NCBI GenBank assembly: GCA_002269645.1
Contig: NIVC01004190.1
Coordinates: 1 to 55,961, forward strand
DNA from: Macrostomum lignano
Lineage: Eukaryota
Direction: 5' to 3'
Length of the DNA: 55,961 nt
Positions 35,381 through 47,884 of the stretch are shown here, piece by piece. The number at the start of each line of letters is the position of its first letter. The stretch's first letter is position 1. A program made the position numbers and the translations under genes. Under the pieces are notes generated by a model. The model saw nothing but the letters and a program-made list of their open reading frames with translations, had not been told where the DNA came from and made no database searches.

Positions 35381-36878
35381 ACTTGCACTGCAAAAGTGCG
35401 CGACACAACATGTGCGTTAAATAGATCACAGACTCTGAAGATTACCTTTGATCTACCGAAATGCGTTGGTTCACCAATTTAAAGCAACCCACATTGATTT
35501 CCAAGGGCGCATGCGGGAGGGGGCGGGATCCAGGCGGATAAGTGTTTTAGTGTGGGCCAGGATGACCTGCCCTCCGGGATGCCACGAAGAGGCTGCACCT
35601 AAGTCCGAGATCGTGCGATCTCCTCGATCTGTTGACCATGCGGGCTGCTGCTGCCGTGTGTTTCTGTTAGTTCAAACTATTGATCCCATTATCTCCTGCG
35701 CCATGAGATTCTACGCTCGTAAGGAGTGCCGTATCTAGTTAAGGCAACTTAGCACCAGGACTATCTTCATCTATCGGAATAGCGCATAAAATCTATCGTA
35801 CAACGTACAGGAAAGTCGAATTCAGCACGCCAGTGAAGTACGAGACAGGCTAGGCTTATGGGCTAAGGTCTGCGATGCTTCACGCCTGCCCCTATCTTCA
35901 GCAGGTTAAGGCCGGTGGAAGGTCTGCATTCCCTGTTTGCCTCTGGCAGCCGCAGACTCTCCCACGCTTTCTCGCAAACCGACCCAGGGGTACCCGTCCC
36001 CGCGAGTGTTTAAGGCAGACCCTAGGGCTGCTGGACAGACTGTGCTCAGGTTCCGACGCTGGCCACCCATCCAGTGGCTTTTGCCGAACTTGGGTATGCT
36101 GGTCTGGCTCGCCAGTCCGCAGGTTGTGTTACTGCTTATCGTACCCTCTAATCCCTAAGGTGTTTGACCGTGCCAATGGGCTGGAAGGCCGGGGAGTAGT
36201 CCGGTCGCTAGCGGTATCAGCAAGGCAAATCAGGACCTGGAAGATCCAAGCGACCGAGAAATGCATTATCGCCATCTCACCGCTGACGAACAAACTCGCG
36301 ATTCTGCTTTTCTCTCGCATCGCCAGCTCCATCAGTCGAGTCAATTTAGCCTTCTTCGGAAAGTGATATCAGCTCTTAAAGCAGCAACTGCCACTTGCGT
36401 GTTACTCAAGCCCTCAGTCTGAGGACATTTTTTCCATCTGGCAGCCGGCTTTCACTCATTGGCATTCCTCCCCAATTATGGACACAGTCGCGAAATATGG
36501 AAGCAAGCAGAATTCTCTTTCTTGCCTGATCTTCGTTTTCGATCCGTGCAAAAATGACTGAAAGCCGCAACTGGCATCACCGCATGCGGGGGTGGGCGGA
36601 GCTTGGCTCTGTTTTAGTCGCAATTTTAGGCATTACACTGCGACGTTGCTATGGGACTGCAGATGCTAATGTGCTCAGCAGTTTGACTTCCTGGATAGAG
36701 AGGGAGATAGTTGGGGTTTGCTGGGCCAAAAACGGGAGCATCAATTTGGCCATGCGTCAATCAGTAGCCACGATAGCAGTCATCTAATTTAGCAGCACCC
36801 AGCTGAGCTACAAATGCAAGCGTGGGGGCCTGAGGCTTCGCCACCCACGCAGATTAAACAGCTCTCACTGTTCCGGCC

Positions 36879-37129
36879 ATGATCGAGTCTTCGAGAGCCA
36901 TTCTGCTGCTGTTGTGGCTGTTGACCGTCGCGATTCCGCAGTGTCGCAGCGCGGCCGTCCAGTCTTCGACCGACCCGGACAAGCCGCTCGACTGGTTCCG
37001 TAGACCCGGCCTGCAAGCTGCGGTCGCTGTGGCTGCGGCTGATAAGCGGCAGTTCGCCAACACGGAAGCTCTGCGCCAGGAGTTGCGCCGCATTCTGTAC
37101 AGAATCCAGCACGGCAGCGGGGATTTGAG
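36879..37129 (+). CDS. NPY/NPF-like neuropeptide precursor, exon 1
   Basis: Signal peptide MIESSRAILLLLWLLTVAIPQCRSA; dibasic KR; QFANTEALRQELRRILYRIQHGSGDLR; phase-2 donor AG|GTGAGC inside the Arg codon. Confidence 0.8.
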
Positions 37130-37518
37130 GTGAGCATCTGAGTGGCTCATCTACTCAGCTTAGAGCTGAGCAGTCCCAAAATTTTCTTCCAGTTAATTCC
37201 GTAGATGATCAGTTTGTATCCAATACAATCAGCAAACTTCAGTGCTCAGTGCACCGTAGACAGTTGCAGCTATGGTGAAGCGGTGGCATACAAAGAGGGA
37301 CTCGATTTAGTTCGAGTGCAGAGCGAAACTCCTCATCAGAAAAGTTCAGAAGGGAGAATATGTCCGACCTGAGCCTTGTAGCTTCGCTAGACGCAACTAG
37401 AAAACCGCGAGACATACCATCCCGACTCCGCTCTTTAAAACGCCTAGAAATACACGTACAGGCGAGATTGCATTGCATCATTTCTGAATAAAAAGAAATT
37501 GCAACACCTTTGTTGCAG

Positions 37519-37528
37519 GTACGGATAG
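37519..37528 (+). CDS. NPY/NPF-like precursor, exon 2 (R-Y-G-stop)
   Basis: TTTGTTGCAG|G TAC GGA TAG completes ...DLRY-G*, an amidation signal. Confidence 0.72.
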
Positions 37529-38057
37529 CCACGAAAGTGTGACCGTCATTTGGATCAAGCAGTGCTGCGGCGAGTTGAACTGCAAAACATTCTGGCAACC
37601 GATTGGGAAAACGAGAGATAATACATAAATGGGAAGTTAAAGTTTTTTATATAAATATACCGCTGCTGCAGACTTAACTGAATTTTATGCTGCCACTGTT
37701 TTAAAATTTAAATTTAGTATTTTATAATTAATAATCATGATAACTATACATATAATACTTGCAGTTTATTTTTTCCACATACATGTAATAGCTCGAATTG
37801 AACTAACTGATTGATTTAGAATGTTTCATTGCATAAAGCTTTTAAGATTACAACCGAAACAATTAACTACTCGTACCCAAAAAGTAGTATATTAGGATTT
37901 TTCAGACCCAAATTATATCTGAATTCAATTTTCGGAGGTGGATGTAGTATTTGTGCATAAGTTCTACGAGCATGGCCTTTTCTTCTAGGAGCCTACCGCA
38001 TCGATTTGGCAGCGGCTAACGAGAGCTGCGACAAAAAAGGAAAAAAATCCGAGCTCT

Positions 38058-39760
38058 GTGACGTCTCTTAGAGAGTCTTCAATCTATTTACTGGACATTG
38101 TGACGGCTCTTAGAGAGCCGAGTCTTCAATCTATTTACTGGACATTGTGACGGCTCTTAGAGAGCCGAGTCTTCAATCTATTTACTGGACATTGTGACGG
38201 CTCTTAGAGAGCCGAGTCTTCAATCTATTTACTGGACATTGTGACGGCTCTTAGAGAGCCGAGTCTTCAATCTATTTACTGGACATTGTGACGGCTCTTA
38301 GAGAGCCGAGTCTTCAATCTCATTACTGGACGTTGTGACGGCTCTTAGAGAGCCGAGTCTTCAATCTATTTACTGGACATTGTGACGGCTCTTAGAGAGC
38401 CAAGTCTTCAATCTATTTACTGGACATTGTGACGGCTCTTAGAGAGCCGAGTCTTCAATCTATTTACTGGACATTGTGACGGCTCTTAGAGAGCCGAGTC
38501 TTCAATCTCATTACTGGACGTTGTGACGGCTCTTAGAGAGCCGAGTCTTCAATCTATTTACTGGACATTGTGACGGCTCTTAGAGAGCCAAGTCTTCAAT
38601 CTATTTACTGGACATTGTGACGGCTCTTAGAGAGCCGAGTCTTCAATCTCATTACTGAACGTTGTGACGGCTCTTAGAGAGCCGAGTCTTCAATCTATTT
38701 ACTGGACATTGTGACGGCTCTTAAAGAGCCGAGTCTTCAATCTCATTACTGGACGTTGTGACGGCTCTTAGAGAGCCGAGTCTTCAATCTATTTACTGGA
38801 CATTGTGACGGCTCTTAGAGAGCCGAGTCTTCAATCTATTTACTGGACATTGTGACGGCTCTTAGAGAGCCGAGTCTTCAATCTATTTACTGGACATTGT
38901 GACGGCTCTTAGAGAGCCGAGTCTTCAATCTCATTACTGGACGTTGTGACGGCTCTTAGAGAGCCGAGTCTTCAATCTATTTACTGGACATTGTGACGGC
39001 TCTTAGAGAGCCAAGTCTTCAATCTATTTACTGGACATTGTGACGGCTCTTAGAGAGCCGAGTCTTCAATCTCATTACTGAACGTTGTGACGGCTCTTAG
39101 AGAGCCGAGTCTTCAATCTATTTACTGGACATTGTGACGGCTCTTAGAGAGCCGAGTCTTCAATCTCATTACTGGACGTTGTGACGGCTCTTAGAGAGCC
39201 GAGTCTTCAATCTATTTACTGGACATTGTGACGGCTCTTAGAGAGCCAAGTCTTCAATCTATTTACTGGACGTTGTGACGGCTCTTAGAGAGCCGAGTCT
39301 TCAATCTCATTACTGAACGTTGTGACGGCTCTTAGAGAGCCGAGTCTTCAATCTATTTACTGGACATTGTGACGGCTCTTAGAGAGCCGAGTCTTCAATC
39401 TCATTACTGGACGTTGTGACGGCTCTTAGAGAGCCGAGTCTTCAATCTATTTACTGGACATTGTGACGGCTCTTAAAGAGCCGAGTCTTCAATCTCATTA
39501 CTGGACGTTGTGACGGCTCTTAGAGAGCCGAGTCTTCAATCTATTTACTGGACATTGTGACGGCTCTTAGAGAGCCGAGCCTTAAATCTCTTTACTGGAA
39601 CTTGTGCCGGCTCTTAGAAAGCCGAGCCTTCAATCTCTTTACTGGACGTTGTGACGGCTCTTAGAGAGCCGAGTCTTCAATCTCATTACTGGACGTTGTG
39701 ACGGCTCTTAGAGAGCCGAGCCTTCAATCTCTTTACTGGACCTTGTGACAGCTTTTAGAG
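38058..39760. repeat. 47-bp minisatellite, ~36 copies, two interleaved variants
   Basis: Unit CTCTTAGAGAGCCGAGTCTTCAATCTATTTACTGGACATTGTGACGG; period checked at 38101/38148. Confidence 0.97.
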
Positions 39761-40498
39761 AACGAAATGAATCAGGTAGCTTCGCCTCGGCCTGAAACTT
39801 TTGTATTGGTTGCTCCAACGAGTTGAAAGAATCCTCATGAAAGAAGTCTGCTATCAACTGCTCTGGGACAACAAAATCGGCCTCGTGTCGACGCGATGCC
39901 GAGGCTTTGTCAGATCTCTCAGTTAGTGGAGGCTTTGTAAAGTAGTACGGCATACTGTAGTTGTGCTGCTGAATTGAGTGGCAACCGCCTCTGGCTTCAA
40001 TTTTCTCTGGGAGAGGAGAGAGCATCGGGATCATCACTAGGTTTTCCGTTTCTTTCTGTGCAGGTTTCTGACTCAGCTGTCCGACTCGACGAACTGCAAA
40101 GACAGATGCGAGTGTAATTGGTTGGTTGGAACGTTGCCTTTCTAGATAGATTTCGAAGACATTTTGCAAGGAGTTCTTTTTTCTTAGGAAACCGGTGAAA
40201 TGACACTTCATTCGCTATTGCCCAGAGTGTCGTTTTCGGATTTTCAGCCATATACAGGACACTTGTTGGGCATTCGGACAAATGCAAGTATTTCCCAAGG
40301 ACTACTCAAAAACTCAGGACGCAGAACTTAAACTTGGTAGGAATCAAATATCATTTATACATCTATAAGAATAAAAGATCTATGGTAGGAATTTTTTCCA
40401 AGGCCCGCTTGAAAACTTTCTCTATGGTAAAAAGACTCTACTAGATAGCGATATTATATATGAATTGCAAAGTTTGAAGTCGTGTTGCTAGTAGAATA

Positions 40499-41467
40499 CT
40501 GTATAGCATTTTGCGTTGCACTTAAGCTTACGGGCAAATCACTTGATCCTAAGTGGCAGGATTACACTGGCGAGGGCAGCTGCCGATCAAGTCTATGGCC
40601 CGAACCGTTGGCTGGCGGGCAAGTTACTTAAGCCTTGGGGCACTGACCCAATCCATTCATGCTCTATCAAAGCGAACTAGAAGCTAAGGCTCGCAGCAAC
40701 ATGAGCTCGGAAGATGAGGCCAGCAACGCTAGCTATGAAACTGCACCAGATGGAATTGGGGGATGACAACGTAGACCGTGGTCAAGGATGAGCGATGAAA
40801 AGCACAGCCTCGTCATCGACGCCCTAGACAGGGGTGAGCGGCCGGTCGACGTTGCGCGATGGTTCCAGGTCAACATTAAGACTGTTTTGTCAATCCGAAG
40901 GCGATACGAAGTTACTGGACGCCGTCATCGATTCCCCCAAGGCCAAGGCGTCGGCCGAGTACCAAAACTTGCAGTTGCCCATGTTGCAGCACCAAGGACT
41001 ACTTAAGTAGTCCTTGTGCAGCACCTCGTTGACAAAATCAACGCTAACCCGCTTCTAACCCTAGCTCAGATAAAAAACCTGCTGCAAAACTTTTTGCTCA
41101 TGTCCATGTTTTGCTCATTTTGGCTCATTGCCAGAACTGGGTTGCAGCTGCTGTTGTTTATTTTCCCACTTTGTTATGGCCAACCAACCACCTGCCTATG
41201 TTCCCTCATTTGCTCCTATGTTGCTCATATTGACCGGTTAAAATTATACCCTTGCCACAACACCACCCACTGGGCGGCCGATTCAAAGCTTTTCAAACTG
41301 CAATAGAGCATGAATGGATTAAGTCTGTGCCAAGGCTAAAGTAAATTGCCCACTAACCACCAGTTGAGACCATAGAATCTATCGGCAGCTGCCCTCGCCA
41401 GTGTAATTCTGCCACTTAGGATTAAGTGATTTGCCCGTAAGCTGAAGTGCAGCGCAAAATCCTATAG
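40499..41467 (+). mobile_element. Internally deleted Tc1/mariner DNA transposon with ~170-bp TIRs
   Basis: 40499-40667 and 41304-41467 are imperfect inverted repeats flanked by TA. Internal ORF 40788-41006 (VIDALDRGERPVDVARWFQVNIKTVLSIRRRYEVTG) is a paired-like HTH; no DDE domain. Confidence 0.9.
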
Positions 41468-42399
41468 TATATATATTTTTTTTTGTATGGATACGCATGT
41501 TTGTGAATATATCGAATGTATAGTGCCTATTAGAGTCCCTGCATTTGCTCCTGGAAATATTTAAACGGCATAAGTCAAATGAAACTGAAACAGAAACAAG
41601 AACTGACACCATATAAGCCAACACACAACAAGCAATAGTAGATGCACGGATAAGTGACGTTTATTTGGAAGAGGAAGAGGAGATTTTTTATCAGTAGAAA
41701 GTTGACAACAATGTACACGCCCCAGCAATATGCTCGTAAAATGTATCAAACAGTAGCTGTTTAAAGCTGAACTTTCTCGAGAGTTTTCTCAATTTGCAAA
41801 ACTTTCTTGTGAGATTTTTAAAAGCGAAACGCTGAATGATTCATGCAGGTCACGAGTGCTTAAATGACATCTAGAATCCAATAATTTGAAAAGCGAGCAA
41901 CTCTACCGGAATGACATCTCGTATTGACGCACGAGTCAGCGTAAATTTTACCAGACCGTAAATTTGGGTAAGCTTATGGTTCCTATCTTTTCAATTTCAC
42001 ATTCCGGGGTCAAGAGGGCGGCAAGCCTTATTGATTGATTTCTTATCTTCTCTCATCTCTCAAATCTCGCAATAGTCATCTAAATTAACCATGATTTTTT
42101 ATCAAAAACAAGCCTTGCACATCTAGAATAAAATAGCTCGTATTTTAGATATTTTTAAAGGTTTTAATTTAAACAAAATATTTAAATTATATATTTACAC
42201 AGGAAATTCACCTTTAATTGCCTCAACCTACCTTGATATGTCAATAAATGATGTACAGCAACGCTACCTGGCACTCGCAAACAAGCAAAATTCCAGAAAG
42301 TTCAGTTGCTGTTTTAGGTTTATTGTAATGTAGCGGAGTTTTCTACACTGAATTTTTTATAGTGTATGGCATCGTTCCGTGACATCAGTAGTTCGTTCG

Positions 42400-42800
42400 A
42401 CCGCAAGTATCTGCAGGGTCTCATTGGACTTGCCTGGGCTGCCTTTCGTTCCATGAGGGCAGACCTGGCGTTTGAGCCCCCTACCTGACCGCCAGAAGGC
42501 GGCGTTGTTCTGCGCTGGGACCATCCTGGTTTACGACACCGAGACTTGGACAGACTGACAGACCTGCTCGATCATCAAATTGACGCGGCGCACGCTGGCC
42601 TTCAAGATCGACGGCGACAGAGCTACCAACGCGGCACTGTATCGCCGCGCCGGCCTTGATCCGTCCGTCCAAGCGACTTGTTGCACCATCGGTGACTCCA
42701 GCTGGCAGCCATATCATACGTGCCGAGTTGCAATACCCACTGCCGGGTGTAGCCTGCTGACCGTTGAAAGTCACATTTGCATAACACCTTTGCATGGGTT
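42400..42800 (+). mobile_element. Degenerate RTE-type LINE 3' fragment, second copy
   Basis: GGACTTGCCTGGGCTGCCTTTCGTTCCATG...CCTGACCGCCAG...GCCTTCAAGATCG shared with 23350-23860. Confidence 0.72.
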
Positions 42801-43969
42801 CGTCGACTGCCTGCTGACTGGCGCCAGTGTCCGGATTTGGCCAGCGGGGTGGCCTTTGCTCCCGGCCTTGGGTGCTCAGAGGCGCACTATGTTTTTTATA
42901 AAACTTGACAGCGTTTTCTGTATATTTTGCATACGAAAAACCAATTTTTTCTAAATCCGTTTCGATAACAGAACTCTGCATGCGTTTGCGTTTTGCAAGT
43001 TTTCAACGATATTTTTCAAATAAAGACTTTAATTAACTCGCGAATCAACCTCAGGGAGAACTACCTGCTCTGCTTGAAGTTGATTCGGAAGTTCAGAGGG
43101 TGAGATATTGGCGATTTTAGTCCTATAAAGCTGAAAAATTCCAACCGGCCTCGGGTAAATTTTGTGAGCTCGGCGTCTTCTTTTTTAGATGTCGAGGAAC
43201 AGGTCTACATGCGAAAAGGGATGCACAGCACTGCCAGCATACAGGGCCATGGTCGCCCAGTAAGCGTCTTCAACTGGGCGCTTCATTAATCGCCTACGAA
43301 GATCGGTTTCGATCCAGCACTCATGACCATCCCTAATGGATTGGCTGCAGGCGAGTCAGCTCTAACTTAATTAGCGAAATCTCGAAGAGGAACCTCTTCA
43401 GAAGGCGCCCGCCCTCCGATGCGAACTCACGCCCTTCTGCCGCCCCTATGCGACAGAACTGGACAAGACAAGAAGCGGGCGCTGTGTAAGAAATCCGTTC
43501 AATTTCCAGCAGCCGGCATGCAGCAAGGCACCGGGCGGATGCCTGAATGATGCGCTAATTATATGCCACAAAAGGTGGGCCGAGATCGCGCCTCCGTCCG
43601 GCTGGGATAATTAAAGGAAAAATCCTTCGTCATCAATCAGCGGCCCCGTTGCCAAAAGATCTGGATTTCTCCGAATCCGCACAGCCTGCTCAGAAATGGA
43701 TCACATGCTCCGCGTCTCAACAACACCCTACTATCCTTGACTTGTTTTGGTTAACAAGCAAGGAAAAGTTTCCGGCCCGCTTGTTTTTCTGTCAATCCCG
43801 TCCATTACCTCATGTTTTCCGCATCACTTTTCTTTTTGTAGCGACCGCGCTGTTTTGGGAAACTGACTCTGTGTGTGACAGCATGCGGTGAGGAGTTAAA
43901 AGACAGCTAAAGCTTTAGGATTTCAGGATTAGGGCGGGGTTGGCAGTCAACTTGTGTTAGTAAATCGCT

Positions 43970-44500
43970 GTTAGTCAATTGTCACCGGCGGTCAGATTGC
44001 ATTCAGTCAATTGTCACCGGCAGTCAGATTGCAGTCAGTCAATTGTCACCGGCAGTCAGATTGCAGTCAGTCAATTGTCACCGGCAGTCAGATTGCAGTC
44101 AGTCAATTGTCACTGGCAGTCAGATTGCAGTCAGTCAATTGTCACCGGCAGTCAGATTGCTGTCAGTCAATTGTCACCGGCAGTCGGATTGCAGTCAGTC
44201 AATTGTCACCGGCAGTCGGATTGCAGTCAGTCAATTGTCACTGGCAGTCGGATTGCAGTCAGTCAATTGTCACTGGCAGTCGGATTGCAGTCAGTCAATT
44301 GTCACCGGCAGTCGGATTGCAGTCAGTCAATTGTCACCGGCAGTCGGATTGCAGTCAGTCAATTGTCACTGGCAGTCGGATTGCAGTCAGTCAATTGTCA
44401 TCGGCAGTCAGATTGCAGTCAGTCAATTGTCACCGGCAGTCGGATTGCAGTCAGTCAATTGTCATCGGCAGTCAGATTGCAGTCAGTCAATTGTCATTCA
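43970..44500. repeat. 32-bp minisatellite (CAGTCAGTCAATTGTCACCGGCAGTCRGATTG)n, ~16 copies
   Basis: Pseudo-ORFs start every 32 bp (43979, 44011, 44043). Confidence 0.95.
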
Positions 44501-46531
44501 GATGAGATCGCTTCACTACTAACAAAAACATTCAAAAGAGAATTTCTTTTTTAGCCATTCTAGCTAATTAACGTGAAAAGCAATTCCTTTCACCGGCAGG
44601 GGACTGATGAAATTACGGTAGTGGAGAACTGCTCATTTGCATCTCTTATTCCGGGGCTTTACATCCATAGCTTTAGGCACTTGTCTTTGCACCAGATTAG
44701 TGGCTTTAAGCTCGCTTTCTAGTAGTTTGACTACAAAGAGTGAAAGGGCAGACAGAGAACAATGAAGTTCCACTTCGAAGCACCCTAGTCGTAATGAGAG
44801 CCGGTTTGACGCTGCGGTGCAAATGCTGCGTATTTCTGTCTGGCCAAATCTACCTGTAATTTACACTATTCACGGCTGGAAGCAGCTTTTGAGCAACCCC
44901 TGTTAGCCAGTTGTTTCTTACGACGGGATCATTTTCAAAAACTCGAAATGAAAAATATCAAAGATAAACTTTGCCTGGCAAGTATGTAGTCATCTAATTT
45001 ACAGAAACGCAGAGATGGATAACAATGGCTTCTCAAACGAGAACTAAGATCAGGTTTTGAAAATGCTTTTAAAAACTGGCCGGACCCAGTGAGAAGCCCC
45101 GCACCCAGTGAGGAGGGTTTCCTGCTCAAAAGATTGACACTGACTAATTATTCATTAAATTCGACTCTCCGCTCGGTTCTCAATTTGATAAGATGTCTCA
45201 GAACACCTCAAGGACGTGAGATCGGTGCGAAATCGAACTGCAATGCATCGAATTGACTTTCTTGCGGCCTTTTCTGTGCGCCTGACATTTCATAATTTCG
45301 GTCTCGATGGCATGACTTCACCCACCTGGAACTCATTAGGCTCTTTAGTGGTGATAATAAATCAATATCAGGGACAACTAGAAAGCGATACTCAGCAAGG
45401 GGCTCGTGCGCGAGACTTGACCTGTGGCTTGCGCAATTACCACATTGCTCATTCAATTTTTAGCCACGCCAGCTTTTAACCTCGTGCAGCTGAAAAAGTT
45501 CTAAAGTTAAAATTAAAACCACGGTTGCAAAATTCATTATGAAACTTTACTAATGTTAGTAATTATAGCTATTTTGCAGTTCCTCCACCGTAGAGCAGAT
45601 GGCGACGCCCTGAATGCTGAGGCTGCTCTGCAAGGACTCAACGAACTACAGCAGGCTGGCTACATAGTTTGGCTTAATTAGGCCATCAATAAGAGCTCAA
45701 AGACTCACCTTTGTTGAATAAAATGCAGGTGCGCCTTCGAGATTGAAGGCTTGAGAGAAAAAGTTACGAAGATCGTGAGATTCTACATTTTATGAGCTAA
45801 AATTAAGGCAGCACTGATGAGAGAGGGGGCCGCAGCGACTGATCTGCGATGCGAGATAAGAAAGCGAGCAAATCTGAAAGAATGATTCTTAGGCTCGGCA
45901 CAGAGGATGAAGGGTAGGAGGCCGAAGAAACGTGCTTGTCTTTTTGCAGTTTGGGAAATGATTGCGTTTTGTCATCACTTAATCACAGTAGCCAGAACAA
46001 TCATTCCAAGATTAATAGGAATCAGCTGCCACTAGCATCCCATTAGCAGGCATAAAGCCTAATCTTTAACATAGGTGGCGAATCTCGCTACACCGGAACA
46101 AGAACGGTCGGAGTCAATGCACAGCGGGAGGCGGGGCTGCGTCAATTCCGGCCGCTGTGTAGCAGTTCCGCGGTCCCAAACTATCGTCTCTGCCAGAGAA
46201 AGTTGCAGAGTGCCGGGGAGGCAGGCCAGAGAAGAGAGATCGGCTCATCTGATTTGCTCTGGCAAATGTTCCCGGCCATGAAGCCTCACTCACTTCAGCC
46301 TCTCGCCTCCAATCTGAGAAATCAGAGGGTAGGAGAGAAATGGGGAAATGGGAATTGGAAGGAGAGGATGAGGATCCCTAACTGTTAGTATTTATACCAT
46401 CCTCTGACTCGTCTCTGCTCTTCACTTACAACACTCTCAGATATTAGAACGTCAGAGCCTGTCTTTGGCAGTCACTTCGACCTCTCAATTCAAATATCTA
46501 CTCAAAACATCAACTAGTTCAGTTGAGCAGG

Positions 46532-47884
46532 ATGTACGTCTTTCCCTATGAGCAGTTTATGTACGACAACTACCAAGCCTACCGGCTGAGCAAGCTGGTG
46601 AAGTGTGTGCTGCCGCCGATACTGCTGACTGTGGGCACCGCGGGCAACATCCTGGGCATGGTGGTCTTACATCGGCATTCGAAGTCGGTGCCACTGTACC
46701 TCTATCTAATACTTATCGCTTTGGCCGACCAGATGGTTCTCTCGACCGGCCTGTTTTCAAAATGGCTGAAAGAAGCATTCGGCTTCCGAATCGAGACGCT
46801 GAGCAGCCTCAGCTGTAAGATGACGTTCTTCGTGCAGTTCTCGTTCAGCTATGCCTCCGTGTGGCTTATCGTTGCCATGACAATCGAGCGCTTCTACGCC
46901 GTTATGTCACCGCTGCGGGCGAGCACCAACACGCATAGCCGACGCCGCATCCGCTGGACCGCGGCCCTAATCTACGCAGCCGACCTGCTGCTGTTCAATT
47001 CGCACTGGATGTACACCATGGATCTGCTGCCCATGGTTCGCAACCTCACCGAGTTTAACGCCGACATCAACGCCACTCTGACCACCGAGTTTACCTACCA
47101 CGACTGCGACCTGCGGCCGGCCTTGGGCATCGCCTACTTCATCTATTGGTTTGACACTGTCTGCTACCTGCTGATACCGTTCACGGTAATCTTCCTGCTC
47201 AACCTGGCCATCATCGTTCATCTAGTGCGACCGAAATGCACGAGGCGATCCACGCCAGGTAACCAGGGGCGGCCCCGGCATCAGCGGCAGCACCGCCAAC
47301 ATCCGTCTCTGGAGGGCAGCTTTGCTTCAGCTTCATCCTGCGGCAGTCGTCGAGGCCGTCAGAATCAGCACCAGCATCAGGATCAGCAGGCTGAACGGCT
47401 GCGCACTCTTACGGCGTCACCCAGAAGGAGTCGATCGGCCAGACAGGTCACAGTGATGCTGGTCACGATCTGCGCCTGCTACCTGCTCTGCACACTGCCC
47501 ATCGCGCTATTGAAACTCTCCATCTTCTTGTTCGATCTGACGCGCTCAAGCGACCTGGGCAGCATTGCCAACTTCTACCTGATCGAGGCCCTGGCCGAGA
47601 TGGTCATGTACCTGAGCAATGTTGGCAATTTCTACTTGTATGTGGCCTCGGCCGGCCGCTTTAGACGCGAGTTGAAGCAGACGTTCAGCTGCTTTCAGCG
47701 CCGCCAAATCAACGCCAGCCAGCGCAGCCGCAACAGTTTGCGCGGCGCTGACCGGCGGCCGAGCCAGTTTCACAAGTCTCAGCGGCAGCCGGCTTCACCG
47801 CAGCATCAGCAGGTGGAGATTCCGCTTCTAATGCCATCCGGAGTTACTGGCTGCCGCAGCGGTGCAACTGCCCTGTCAAGCTGA
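46532..47884 (+). CDS. Intronless rhodopsin-family peptide GPCR (FMRFamide/MIP/GPR139-like orphan group), ~450 aa
   Basis: Seven hydrophobic segments; GTAGN (TM1), LALAD-like IALAD (TM2), TIERFYAV (TM3), LIPF (TM5), LCTLP (TM6), NFYLY (TM7), FRRELKQTF (helix 8); ATG at 46532. Confidence 0.95.
   Translation: MYVFPYEQFMYDNYQAYRLSKLVKCVLPPILLTVGTAGNILGMVVLHRHSKSVPLYLYLILIALADQMVLSTGLFSKWLKEAFGFRIETLSSLSCKMTFFVQFSFSYASVWLIVAMTIERFYAVMSPLRASTNTHSRRRIRWTAALIYAADLLLFNSHWMYTMDLLPMVRNLTEFNADINATLTTEFTYHDCDLRPALGIAYFIYWFDTVCYLLIPFTVIFLLNLAIIVHLVRPKCTRRSTPGNQGRPRHQRQHRQHPSLEGSFASASSCGSRRGRQNQHQHQDQQAERLRTLTASPRRSRSARQVTVMLVTICACYLLCTLPIALLKLSIFLFDLTRSSDLGSIANFYLIEALAEMVMYLSNVGNFYLYVASAGRFRRELKQTFSCFQRRQINASQRSRNSLRGADRRPSQFHKSQRQPASPQHQQVEIPLLMPSGVTGCRSGATALSS

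Noticed and set aside
35430-35475. Second hammerhead-like motif CTGAAGA...GAAATGCGTT
   Set aside because: Stems I and II do not pair; at most a decayed copy.
35009-35482. LRR-like ORF (LLGDLLRCQG)n
   Set aside because: 30-bp minisatellite open in several frames, no unique coding flanks.
37239-37598. 119-aa minus-strand ORF
   Set aside because: Antisense to the NPY-like intron and exon 2, no motif.
38058-39760. CRISPR-like regular repeat
   Set aside because: Head-to-tail units with no unique spacers, eukaryotic context, no cas genes.
43255-43320. CGCCCAGT/ACTGGGCG hairpin and B-box-like GGTTTCGATCC as tRNA or SINE head
   Set aside because: No A-box spacing, cloverleaf or second copy in the window.
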